Source: an uncultured Acidobacteriota bacterium
GTDB taxonomy: Bacteria > Acidobacteriota > Thermoanaerobaculia > UBA5066 > Gp7-AA6
NCBI GenBank assembly: GCA_963739435.1
Contig: CAVUAN010000005.1
Location: 41,609 to 105,608, forward strand
Reading direction: 5' to 3'
Length of the DNA stretch: 64,000 nucleotides
Each line of letters opens with the position of its first letter. Position 1 is the first letter of the stretch. The notes beneath the pieces were generated by a model, which was given only the letters and a program-made list of their open reading frames with translations, did no database searches and was not told the DNA's origin. The translations under genes were made by a program, and so were the position numbers. Below, piece by piece: positions 31,508 to 43,008 of the stretch.

Positions 31508-32641
31508 TCAGTGCGTGTAACTGATGGTCTTGATTGTTGGAAACAAGGTCTTGAGGAATTCCTCCATGACCTTGTCCTCCAGCCAGGTGATCTCGGTCCC
31601 ATCTACGAAGTACGTCGGCGTCGCCAGCACGCCGAGCCGGTAACCCTCTTCGATGTCCTTCCGGATTCGAGCAAAGCTCTGGTCCTGCAGATAGCACGCC
31701 AGGAAGTCGGCTCGGAGGACGCCAGCCGCCTCGGCCGACTGCAGCGCGAGCTCGTCGATCCCGGCGACCGTCATCGACTCCTGCCTCGCGTAAACGGCCA
31801 GCTTGAACGGGAACATGCTCAGGGGAGAATGCTGGAAAAGACAGTCGGCGGCCGAAGCGGCCTTCATGGCCCACACGTGCCCCAGCCAGAGAGGGAAGAA
31901 CTTGTAGTGGCGCCGAGCGGCGACTGTCCCCGCGTTGACCTCCAGCAGCTTGTCCATCTGGAGTCCGCGCATCTTGCAGTATCCGCACTCCATGTCGGCG
32001 AACTCGACGACGTTGACCTTCGCCGTCGCCGGGCCCGTCGCGCGGTTGGCCGACAGGTCGATGCGGCGCCGCCGCTCCGCGCGCGGATCCATCGTGAAGT
32101 CCCAGAGCGAGCCCTGGAGATAGGCGCGGCCGTCCGGCGAGACGTAACCCGGCATGCGGACCGGCATGTAGCCGGTGTCCACCTGCAGCGCCACGCCTTT
32201 CATTCCCGCGGTGTCCCTCTCGGGCTGGAGCACGGCGCGCACCGCCCTGTTGAAAGCCTTCGCGTAACGCTCCTCGATCCAGCCGAGATCTGCCGCGCTG
32301 CCCACGGGCCGCGGAGAGGGATTCACGATCGAGTCGCCCGCAAAGAACCACTTCCGATCGATCGAGACGTAGACGATCTTGTTGACGGCGAGCTTCTCGT
32401 AACGCCCGGTTCGGACGACCTTGTATCCCAGGAAGCCCGGCAGGGTCTCCTTCGCCTTTTCCACCACGATCTTCGAATCGGGGTCGAAAGGCAGATAGGC
32501 CAGAGCGTAGGCCTGGAGATCCTGCTCGACCGTCTTCCCGGCCTCCGGGCGCGCGGCTTCCGGGGGTCGTGCTTGCGCCGCAGCCAGGCTCGCCAGCAGC
32601 AGGCCCGCGGCCACTATCGAAGCGAGCATCCGTCGTTTCAT
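31508..32641 (-). CDS. Secreted DsbA/BdbD-like thioredoxin-domain protein
   Basis: Signal peptide MKRRML..., VVEFADMECGYC, GVLATPTYFVDG. Confidence 0.85.
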   Translation of the reverse strand: MKRRMLASIVAAGLLLASLAAAQARPPEAARPEAGKTVEQDLQAYALAYLPFDPDSKIVVEKAKETLPGFLGYKVVRTGRYEKLAVNKIVYVSIDRKWFFAGDSIVNPSPRPVGSAADLGWIEERYAKAFNRAVRAVLQPERDTAGMKGVALQVDTGYMPVRMPGYVSPDGRAYLQGSLWDFTMDPRAERRRRIDLSANRATGPATAKVNVVEFADMECGYCKMRGLQMDKLLEVNAGTVAARRHYKFFPLWLGHVWAMKAASAADCLFQHSPLSMFPFKLAVYARQESMTVAGIDELALQSAEAAGVLRADFLACYLQDQSFARIRKDIEEGYRLGVLATPTYFVDGTEITWLEDKVMEEFLKTLFPTIKTISYTH

Positions 32642-32684
32642 GTGGTTCCCTTTCTCACGATTGTCGTAACCGATCAAACGTCCG

Positions 32685-33223
32685 TCAAGGCGGATCGATT
32701 CCTTCCGGCCGCAGTACGGCGAGAAGGGCGCCGCCCTCGACGACCTGGCCCTTCACAACAGCGATTTTCACGACCTTGCCGCCGTGCGCCGAACGGATCT
32801 CGTTCTGCATCTTCATGGCCTCGAGGACGAGCAACAGAGTTCCTGGCGCTATCGAATCGCCTGCCGAGACCGCCACCTCGAGGACCCGGCCGGGCATCAA
32901 GGCCCGAACTTGCTCCTCCGAGTTGCCTCCCGGGGCGGCGCCGGGAGCGTGCGCGAGACGGTCCCGCAGGGGCTCCGCGAGCTCGAGGGAACGGTTGACG
33001 CCACGGAAGACGACCGCCACCGCGCCGGGCGAAGCCGGGACGACGCGGCCGCTGACCTGCCGCCCGTCCTCGAAGAGCAGGGAGAGGCGCCCGTCCGGCA
33101 GAGTGGCGCAATCCGCCCGCTCGGCTTGCCCGCCGCGCAGAAACGAGCAGGACGAGCCCCGGCGTTCGACCACGATCTCCTCGGGCCCCTTCTCGCCGCG
33201 GTAGACGAAGACGATCCGCTCCA

Positions 33224-33224
<1 letters not shown>
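32685..33224 (-). CDS. Biotin carboxyl carrier subunit
   Basis: MPGRV...LEAMKMQNEI biotinylation motif. Confidence 0.9.
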
Positions 33225-34728
<1,504 letters not shown>

Positions 34729-34732
<4 letters not shown>

Positions 34733-36273
34733 AAAGGAATGTTGCCGTGCTTCTTGGCCGGAAGAGAAGCGCGCTTGCCTTCGAGCAGCGCGAAGGCGGC
34801 GACGAGTTTCGAGCGGGTTTCCGCCGGCTCGATGATCTCGTCCACGTAACCCCGGCGCGCCGCGACGTACGGGTTGGCGAAGTTCTCGACGTACTCCGAG
34901 ACCTTCGCGGCACGCGCCTCGGGCGAGCCATCGAGTGCCGTTTCCCGCCGGTAGAGGATGTTGACGGCGCCCTCCGGCCCCATGACCGCGATCTCGGCCG
35001 TCGGATAGGCGAAGTTGAAGTCCGTTCCCAGGTCCTTGGACAGCATGACGCAGTACGCGCCTCCGTACGCCTTGCGGGTCACGACGGAGACTTTCGGCAC
35101 GGTCGCCTCCGCAAACGCGTACAAGAGCTTGGCTCCGTGGCGGATGATCCCGCCGTACTCCTGCTGGGTACCGGGGAGGAAGCCGGGCACGTCCTCGAAG
35201 ACGAGCAGCGGGATGTTGAAGGCGTCGCAGAACCGGACGAACCGCGCGCCTTTGACGGATGCGTCGATGTCGAGCACGCCGGCCAGATGCATCGGCTGGT
35301 TAGCGACGACGCCGACGGACCGGCCGGCCAGGCGCACGAAGCCGACGAGGAGATTCCTGGCGAATCCCTCGTGAACTTCGAAAAACTCGCCGCCGTCGGA
35401 AATGCGGCGCACGAGCTGACCCATGTCGTAGGGTTTGTTCGTCTCCTCGGGGATGAAGCGATTCAGGTCCTCCGCTCCGCCCGCCGGCTCGCGCGGCTCG
35501 TGGCGCGGGGGATCGTCGAGGTTGTTGGACGGCAGGTACGCCAGCAGCTCGCGGATCGCGGCGAGCACGGCGGTGTCGTCCCGCCGCACGAAATGGGCGA
35601 CTCCGGAGACGGCCGAGTGCGTGCGCGCCCCGCCGAGGTCTTCCTTCGTGACCTCCTCGTGGGTGACGGTTCGGATGACGTCCGGGCCTGTCACGAAGAG
35701 ATACGAGGTCTTCTCGGTCATGAAGACGAAGTCCGTGATGGCCGGCGAATACACGGCGCCGCCCGCGCAGGGCCCGAGGATGGCCGAGATCTGGGGCACG
35801 ACGCCCGAGGCGAGCGTGTTGCGCCGGAACACCTTGGAATAGCCGGCGAGCGAGACGACGCCCTCCTGGATGCGCGCCCCGCCCGAGTCGTTCAGCCCGA
35901 TGATCGGCGCTCCGTTCTGCACCGCGAGGTCCATGACCTTGCAGATCTTTTCGGCGTTGGCCTCCGAGAGAGACCCGCCGAAGACCGTGAAGTCCTGCGC
36001 GAACACGTAGACGGGCCGGCCCGCCACCGTGCCCGCGCCGCAGACGACGCCGTCGCCGGGGACCTGCGTCTTCTCCATGCCGAAATCCCGGCTGCGATGC
36101 AGGACGAGACGGTCGAGCTCGAAGAGGGAACCGGGATCGAGGAGCAGCTCGACCCTCTCGCGCGCGGTCAGCTTGCCTTCGGCGTGCTGGCGCTCGGTGC
36201 GCTCGCGGCCGCCTCCTTCGAGGCTGCGCTCCCGAAGCGCCTCGAGGTGCGCGATCCGCTTCTCGAGAGTCAG
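34729..36273 (-). CDS. pccB: Acyl-CoA carboxylase carboxyltransferase (PccB-like); probable CTG start
   Basis: In-frame N-terminal extension [10 protein letters not shown]...[17 protein letters not shown]; [35 protein letters not shown]. Confidence 0.92.
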
Positions 36274-36548
36274 AGAACGATCCCCCGCTGCTCGGCGAGC
36301 TTCCGGCGGATCCGGCGGAACAGCTCCTGGCCGTCCACCCTTCCTGACGCGATCTCGTTGCGAGCCGCTTCGAGCATCCGTCGCGCTTCCTCGTCGAGGG
36401 TGCGCTCCTTCTCGGTCTCCTCGGCGAGCGCCGAAAGAACCGCGTCGCGAAGGGCTCCCGGCGTCTTCTCGTCGAAGAGCTTGCGGCCGGCGATCCCGCG
36501 GGCCGTTCGAACGGCCAGAAACTCCTTCTTGGTGTCGGCCAGGCCCAT
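36270..36548 (-). CDS. DUF507 family protein
   Basis: [17 protein letters not shown]...[19 protein letters not shown] pattern; start at 36548 or 36557. Confidence 0.7.
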   Translation of the reverse strand: MGLADTKKEFLAVRTARGIAGRKLFDEKTPGALRDAVLSALAEETEKERTLDEEARRMLEAARNEIASGRVDGQELFRRIRRKLAEQRGIVL

Positions 36549-36597
36549 TGGACGCATGTTATTACGGATGACGTGGTATCACGCATAATCGGCTCGG

Positions 36598-37926
36598 ATG
36601 ATCCTCGATACGGAAGCCGTCGCGCGCTGGCTCGAGCCCCTCCTCCGCACGCCCGACGACATCGTGGACGTGTACGTCGAGGAACGCCGCGACACGGTGC
36701 TGGAATGGCGCGACGGAGAGGTGACGGGAGTGCAGGTCGTCGCGGACGCCGGCCTGTCGGCGCGGTGGCGGCGCGCCGGCGCCGAGAGGCTGGTCTTCTG
36801 TGCGCGCGGCGACGACTCCGGCGCAAGGGAAACCGTGCGCGCCCTGCGGGAAGCCGCGGGCTCGGAGCCCCTGCCCATCCGGCCGACCCGGGGCACGGCG
36901 GCGGAGGAGGCTCAGGACGGAGCACCCGCGGGCGCGCCCCGAGGACGCCGGCGGCTCGCCGCGCTCCTTGCGCGACACATGCCGCGCCATCGGCTGCGCT
37001 GGACCCTCCGCGAGACCGAGCGCCAGATCATCCCGGCGGGCCGGGAAGCCGTCCGGTCGCTCTCCCGGCTTCTTTCGATCGAGGGAACGTTCACGGCCGC
37101 TTCGCGCCGCGGCGACGAGGCGCGGGCCTTCGCTTTTCACGCTCCGGAAGCTGCGGCCGGGAGCGATGCGCTCCGCGAAGCTCTCGAGACGGCCGCCGCG
37201 CCGCGCGAGAAAGCGATGCCTTGCCCGGGAGGGGAGACGGATGTCGTGCTCGCCGGAGGCTGCGCCGCGATGTTCTTCCACGAGATCCTGTCGCACCCCG
37301 GCGAGGCGGGTGCCGCATCGCCGCTGTCCGCGCTCGTCGATGCACGCGTCGCCTCGCCGGATCTCGAAGTGCGCGACGAGCCAGGCCGCCTCGATTTGTT
37401 CGGAGGCTACGAGTTCGACGACGAAGGCACTCGCCCGCGTTCCGTCAAGCTGCTCGACGCCGGAAGGCTCGCCGGCCGGCTGACCGACAGGGCCCATGGC
37501 GGCCGCGCGTCCTCAACGGGCCACGGGCGCCGGGGAGGACCCTCGGATGCACCCCTGCCGCGCGGGTCGAATACCGTGGTCTCGCCGGGTCATGCGACCG
37601 ACGAGGAGATGGCGCGCCGGCTGGGTTCCGGCCTCTGGATCGAAGAGCTTTCCGGCGGCTCGGTCGAGTTGTCGAGCGGCCTCTTTCGCCTTTCCTTCCC
37701 GCGCGCGCGGCGCGTGCGGCGCGGGCGGCTGGCCGATGAGATCGGGCCGGGGATCCTTTCGGGCGAGATCCTCACGGCCGTCAAGAGCATCGAATCCGGC
37801 CTCGGCCGCGACGTGCACCCCTACCGCCTGCTCGGCTGGTGCGCCCGGCGCGGGCAGATCGTTCCCGTTGGAGGAGCGGCCCCGGCAGTGCTCGTCCGCC
37901 TTCTTTCCGCGCGCGCCAACACATGA
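36598..37926 (+). CDS. tldD: TldD family metalloprotease
   Basis: FFHEILSHPGE (HExxxH), FDDEG, TGHGRR, PRGSN, GWCAR.GQ.VPVG. Confidence 0.85.
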   Translation: MILDTEAVARWLEPLLRTPDDIVDVYVEERRDTVLEWRDGEVTGVQVVADAGLSARWRRAGAERLVFCARGDDSGARETVRALREAAGSEPLPIRPTRGTAAEEAQDGAPAGAPRGRRRLAALLARHMPRHRLRWTLRETERQIIPAGREAVRSLSRLLSIEGTFTAASRRGDEARAFAFHAPEAAAGSDALREALETAAAPREKAMPCPGGETDVVLAGGCAAMFFHEILSHPGEAGAASPLSALVDARVASPDLEVRDEPGRLDLFGGYEFDDEGTRPRSVKLLDAGRLAGRLTDRAHGGRASSTGHGRRGGPSDAPLPRGSNTVVSPGHATDEEMARRLGSGLWIEELSGGSVELSSGLFRLSFPRARRVRRGRLADEIGPGILSGEILTAVKSIESGLGRDVHPYRLLGWCARRGQIVPVGGAAPAVLVRLLSARANT

Positions 37927-39180
37927 CGCGCGAGCGCCTCGCCGAGCTGCTCGAGGGCCGCGCCCCCGGCGCCTGGGAACTCTACGAGAAGACCGCCCTG
38001 TCGCAGGAGACGTCGGCCGCCGGAACCGAACGCACCGGGATTGAACGTCGCGAGGAGGGCTGGGCAGCCCGGTGGTGGGAAGAAGGCGTCCCGCGTTTCG
38101 CGGCTGCCTCCTCGGCGGACCGCCTGGCCCGCGCGGTCGCGGACGCGGCATTCCTTGCAGCCGCCGCGGCTCCGCCGCCGGACTGGCCGGCCACGAAGTG
38201 CCCCGCTCCCCCGCCCGGGCCCGCGCCCGAGCCGCCGCCTCGGGAAGCCTTCGAAGAGCTCGCCCGCCTCGTGGCGGCCGAGGCGCGGGGCAACGCCGTC
38301 CTGACGGAGCTGATGCTGCGCCGCGGACGCGTTCACGGAACGGATCGTCAACGCGAAGGGCGGCGACGTCTCCTTGAGCGCCGAGCGGCTGGACGGCGTG
38401 GCGCTGGCCGTGGGCCGGCGCGGCGCCCAAGCCTGCGAGGCCCGCATCGTGTTTCGCGCCGACGGACCTCTCGACATGCCGGGTCTCGCGCGGCGATTGG
38501 CGGATCGCGCCACCCTGCCGCTCTCGGACAGCGGCACGCCGGTGACGCGTGGGGAGTGGCTGCTCGATCCCTCCGTCGCCTCGGCGCTGCTGGCGAGCCT
38601 GGCTCCCCTCTTCGTCGCCGAGGGGCCGCCGCCCTGGGTGTCGCGCAGCCATCTCGCTTCCGAGTGCGTCACCATCGTGGACGATGCGACCGCGGACGCC
38701 CCCTTCGACGGCGAGGCGGTCGCGACTCGCCGTGCGGTGCTCGTCCAGGAGGGACGCTGGCGCTCGCGCCTGCACGATCTGACGAGCGCAAAGCGGCAGG
38801 GCGTCAAGCCCACGGGCCACGGAGTGCGATCTTCTTACCGGACGCCCCCCGCGGCAGGCCCGCGGCGCCTCTTCTTCGAGACGTCCACCGGGATCAAGCC
38901 GCTCGAGCTGCTCACGACCGTCAAGCGCGGTCTCTTTGCGGCGGCCCCGACCGGGCCCCCGCAGATCGACCTCGCGGCCGACCACTTCGCCCTGGAGTTC
39001 ACGGGTGTCTCGATCGTGGCGGGGCGCGCGCAGGGCCCGGTCGCGGGCGCGCGCGCGAAAGGGAGGATCTCGGAGCTCTTGCGCCGCATCTCGGCCGTTG
39101 CGACGGACCGCCAGTTCTTCCCGATGCCCTATCCCGCCGGAGCCCCGACGCTCCTCGTGGACCGCTGCGTCTTCGAGTGA
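37923..39180 (+). CDS. pmbA: PmbA/TldE family protein; +1 frameshift at ~38332 (likely sequencing error)
   Basis: N-half MTRERLAELL..., C-half PFDGEAV...TGHG...APTLLV; removing one T gives continuous RRGRVTERIVNAKGG. Confidence 0.78.
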
Positions 39181-39364
39181 GGGCGCCGGCGCTTCCAGAA
39201 AAACTCTGCCAAACGAGGTCGCCCCGGCGACGGGCCGCCTCCCTCGGAGGCACGCTCGGGTCTGGAGGCGACGAGATAACTGTGGACCCTCGCTTGTCGC
39301 TCGGTCGCAGTCTTGGAAATGGCGCAAGAGAATTCGTGTCTTGCTCCCTCGCTAGAATCCTCCT

Positions 39365-39602
39365 CGGGAGGCGGCCCGCCGCCGGGGCTCGCATTGAGGC
39401 AGTAGTCACTGTAAGAGCCCCGGAACGGCGGGGTTGCCCTGCGGGACCGTCGAAACCGGGTGGGTGTGCCAGGCCGGATGAGACCCGGGCCCTAACGGTT
39501 CTTGCACCGGTTTCGTTCGAGCGGCCGCCAGGAACGATTCAACTGCAGTCCGGGTGAGCGGCCGCGTGTCCCGCAGGGCAGCACCGACGGTCCGGGGCGG
39601 CT
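39365..39602 (+). ncRNA. Candidate structured ncRNA (unidentified; 6S-like size)
   Basis: Intergenic between convergent genes; TAGAAT at 39353-39358; 31-bp stem 39417-39447/39568-39598 enclosing two hairpins. Confidence 0.55.
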
Positions 39603-39608
39603 ATCTAG

Positions 39609-40486
39609 TTAGTTGGGGCGGGGTGTCGCCACCGGGGGCGGCACGGGGCGGCCGAAGGGCATGGGAGCCATCATGGGAGTCGCAGCGGGAGGCGGCGCCG
39701 GACGGCCCGACGTGGGTACGGGCGCCGGTGCCACGACGACTGTCGGGGCGGAAGAAGGCGCGGGAACCGTCGTCTCGAACGAGGCCGGCGCCGCCGCGGG
39801 CGGCGTCCCTGCGGCCTCCTCCGCGCTCAGGGGCCGATCGACCGGGGTCCGCGCAAACCGGCCTTCATCGGCCCAGCGGACCTCGGTCGACATCTCCGCC
39901 ACCGCCAGGTCCCGGTCGTAGTTGGTCAGGGAAACCTGGCTCGAGCAGGCGCGAGTCGACCACGAGGGGGTTTCGGCGCGGATCGCGCATGGCCTGGTCG
40001 ATGCGCAGCGCCTTCGCGTATTGCTCGACGGCCTGGTCTGTCGAGCCGTTCCTCTCGTAGAGACGGCCGAGGCGAAAGCGCGACGGCGGGAAGCCGGACT
40101 TGAGCTTGATGGATTCCTGGTAGGCGCTGATCGCCGCGCCGATATTGCCCTCGGTTTCCTCGAGAATCCCGAGGTTGTAAGGCGCGATGAACATCTTCTT
40201 GTCGAGCTTCATCGCCATGTGGTACTGCTTCCGGGCGTCCGCCGGGAAACCGCCGGGCCGCCAGCAGGTTGCCGAAGTCGTTGCGCAGCGAAGCGTTGTT
40301 CGGGTCGGCCTCGATCTTCTTCTCCTGCTCGCGGATCTTGTCGTCCAAAGCGTCGCCTGTGACGAGGTAGGACCTGTAGAAAGGCGGCTTCTTGTTCTTG
40401 TTCTTGTCGCTGTCGGTGTCGCCGGCGCGTACCGCGTAGGCCAGAGCCAGAAGAACCGCGCCGATTGCGATGTGCCTGTTCATCAT
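39609..40486 (-). CDS. Secreted TPR protein with Pro-rich tail; frameshifts at ~40243 and ~39941
   Basis: Signal peptide; NDFGNLLA, YNLGIL, FRLGRLYERNG TPR helices spread over three frames. Confidence 0.7.
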
Positions 40487-40489
40487 TCT

Positions 40490-41103
40490 CCCGAAGGTTT
40501 CCTGGTCTTGCCACGAGCCGCACACGCCGTCGCTCTCCTTCACGTCCAGCTCGAAGTCGTCTGTGCCGATGCGCTCCCTGACCTTTTGTCGCTCCCGCTC
40601 GAGGTTTTCGGCGAACTGCTGGTATTCGTAGCCGCTGACATCCTCGCCGAGTGCCTTCTTCGCACCCACGTATCTCTCGAAGAGGTCCCGGCCGGGCCCG
40701 CCCGACGCCGGGCGCCGGATCCCCGCTGTCTGTACGGAGCTGCGCGGGGTTTCGTTGGGGCCGGCTTGCCTCCCGCCTCGTGTGTCGCGAGCCCGGGGTC
40801 GGCCGGACGACAGCGCCCGAAAAGGCAGCATAGAAGCCGGGCCTCCGGCCCTCCTCCTTTTCGGCCTGCTGGCGCTCCCAGCGCTCGGCCAGCGTGCTGA
40901 AGTGGCCCTGGAGGGTCGTCAGCTTGTACCGCTCGGCGGCGTCGTCCATCTCGACGTTGCGCAACTGGCGCAGCATCGCTTCCACCTGCCGGCGCGACTC
41001 GATCGGAGCCTTCCCGGCCCCGCCGTAGAGAAAGGCGCCGTACTCGGCGTTCAGGCGCTCGATCGCGCGCTCGAGCTCGGACCAGTTCCCGCTCGAAGGC
41101 CAT
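40490..41103 (-). CDS. MXAN_5187 C-terminal domain-like protein; frameshifted, end approximate
   Basis: ELERAIERLNAEY..FL...ERYKL..LQ.......ERWER and RDLFERYVGAKKALGE......FAENL...FELDVKE.DG. Confidence 0.65.
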
Positions 41104-41123
41104 CCCCATATAGTAACGGGGCC

Positions 41124-42456
41124 ATGGGCAGGGCACATCCCCCTTCGATGGACGCACTGCTCGGCCGGGCCGCAAGGCGAGCGGCTGACGGCCGTTTACG
41201 GGCCGCGAGGCGGTCAAGGAGGAGCTCCGGCACGCCATGGCCGCAGGCGAAATCGAGCCCCAGGCCCTGGCGGACCGCGCCGGGAAGTCCCTCGAGCTCC
41301 GGTTTTCGCCCACCCTCCGCCGCGTCTTGAACGGCACCGGCGTTCTCCTGCACACCAATCTGGGACGGTCGCCTCTCGTCGGGAGCCGCGAGTCAGCCCT
41401 CGACGAGATTCTGCCGGGCTAGTCTCCGTCGAGTTCGACTCGCCTCCGGCGGCCGCGGCAGGCGGCAGGACCATATTCGGGCGGCAGCGCGGGACCTGTT
41501 CGGGGCCGAGGATGTGATGGCGGTCAACAACAATGCCGCCGCCGTGTTCCTCTCGCTCGCGGCGCTCGCGCGAGGGCACGTCGTCCTCGTCTCGCGCGGC
41601 GAGCTCGTCGCGATCGGCGGGTCCTTCCGGGTCCCCGAGATCCTCGAGGCCTCGGGTGCGCAGCTTCTCGAGGTCGGCACGACCAACCGCACGACGATCG
41701 ACGACTACCGCCGCGCGCTCGCCGGCGCAACCGGCGCTCCTCCTGACCGTGCACCCTTCCAACTACGAGATCCGCGGGTTCACCGAACGGCCGGACCCCC
41801 GCGACCTCAAGAGCCTCGCCCGCGAGGCCGGCATTCCGTGGCTGCACGACCAGGGCACGGGCTGCGTCGAGCCGCTCGACGCGTTCGGCGTCTCCGGCGA
41901 GCCCACGGTGGCCTCCTGCCTGGCCGACGGAGCGGACCTCGTGACGTTCTCCGGCGACAAGCTCTTCGGAGGCCCGCAGGCCGGATTTGTCGCGGGGCGC
42001 GCCGATCTTGTCGGTAAGCTCGCGGCGCATCCCGTCGCCCGCGTCGTTCGGCCCGACAAGATGACGCTAGCGGCTCTCGCGGCCACGCTGCATGCCTGGA
42101 AGCGGGGGCACTGGCGCGAATTTCCGATCTACCGCGCGGCGGCCGCGAGCCTCGACTCTCTCGAATCGCGCGCCGCGGCGATTGAGGCCCGGCTCTCGCA
42201 CCGCTCTCTCTCGACCGAAGTCGTACCCTCCCTGGCTCTCTTCGGCGGCGGGACGAGCCCCGAGAAGACATTTCCCTCGCGTGCGCTCGCCGTCACCGTA
42301 GCGGGCCTCTCGGCCGACCAACTGGCGGCGCGCTGGCGCGCGCTGCCCGTACCGCTCGTCGGGCGCGTCAACGAGGGTCGCGCCCAGGTCGATCTGCGAA
42401 CGATTCTCGAAGGTGAAGACGGCGAGCTCGCCGAAGCGCTGGCGGCCTGCTCGTGA
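41124..42456 (+). CDS. selA: L-seryl-tRNA(Sec) selenium transferase SelA; several frameshifts (sequencing errors or pseudogene)
   Basis: VLNGTGVLLHTNLGRSPL, VNNNAAAV, SRGELVAIGGSFRVP, EVGTTNRT, VHPSNY, FSGDKLFGGPQAG across four frames. Confidence 0.88.
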
Positions 42457-42480
42457 AGACCGGCGTGCGATAATTCGCGC

Positions 42481-42699
42481 GTGCGTGGCCGGCGCTTCTC
42501 GCTCCTCCTCCTTGCCCTGTCGGCCGTTTTCCTTCTCGTGACCCTCGAGGTCGGAGGCTGCCGCAAGAAGGCCGCGACGCCCGCCTACCCCGGACCCGCC
42601 AAGCTGCCGACCGCAGCCCCCTACAAGGCGCCGCCGACAAAGGTCTGGCCGACTCTGCTCCCGGGCCAGCCCACCCCCCGCCGCCCCATTCCGAGGTGA
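42481..42699 (+). CDS. Small Pro-rich putative lipoprotein
   Basis: Basic N-terminus, hydrophobic stretch, VGGC lipobox-like site; GATAAT just upstream. Confidence 0.6.
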   Translation: MRGRRFSLLLLALSAVFLLVTLEVGGCRKKAATPAYPGPAKLPTAAPYKAPPTKVWPTLLPGQPTPRRPIPR

Positions 42700-42707
42700 C
42701 CCAAGGC

Positions 42708-42872
42708 GCCCGGGCATCGGGCCCGGCCTCCCCGCGTCCGGCCCGCGGCGCAGTTGGCGGAAGCAGCACGCGCCGCTCAGGCCGGGGGCACCCGCCATCC
42801 GGGCTCCTGAGAATTCGCCGCGAGTGTGCCCCCTCCAGCCTCCCGCGGTGAGGCCGGGCCCGCTGCCCGGGC
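42708..42872. other. Long imperfect inverted-repeat element (candidate ncRNA or MITE-like)
   Basis: 42708-42736 pairs with 42844-42872 (27 bp, two 1x1 mismatches) and encloses two hairpins. Confidence 0.55.
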
Positions 42873-43008
42873 TCACTCTGGGGCCTCAGTCAGAGGGGCG
42901 GAGGGGTGGCGGGGGCGGAGGCCCCCGTCGCTGCGCGCCAGCGCACCGACGGGGTCGCACCCGCCAGGACCCCGCAGCCCCGGCTTGTCAGCGAACAGGA
43001 ACTGACAG

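Noticed and set aside
42740-42790. GGAAGCAGC suggesting SRP RNA, or tRNA-Sec near selA
   Set aside because: No CAGG-stem-GNRA helix-8 context; no TTCAAA anticodon loop or GTTCGA T-loop in a cloverleaf
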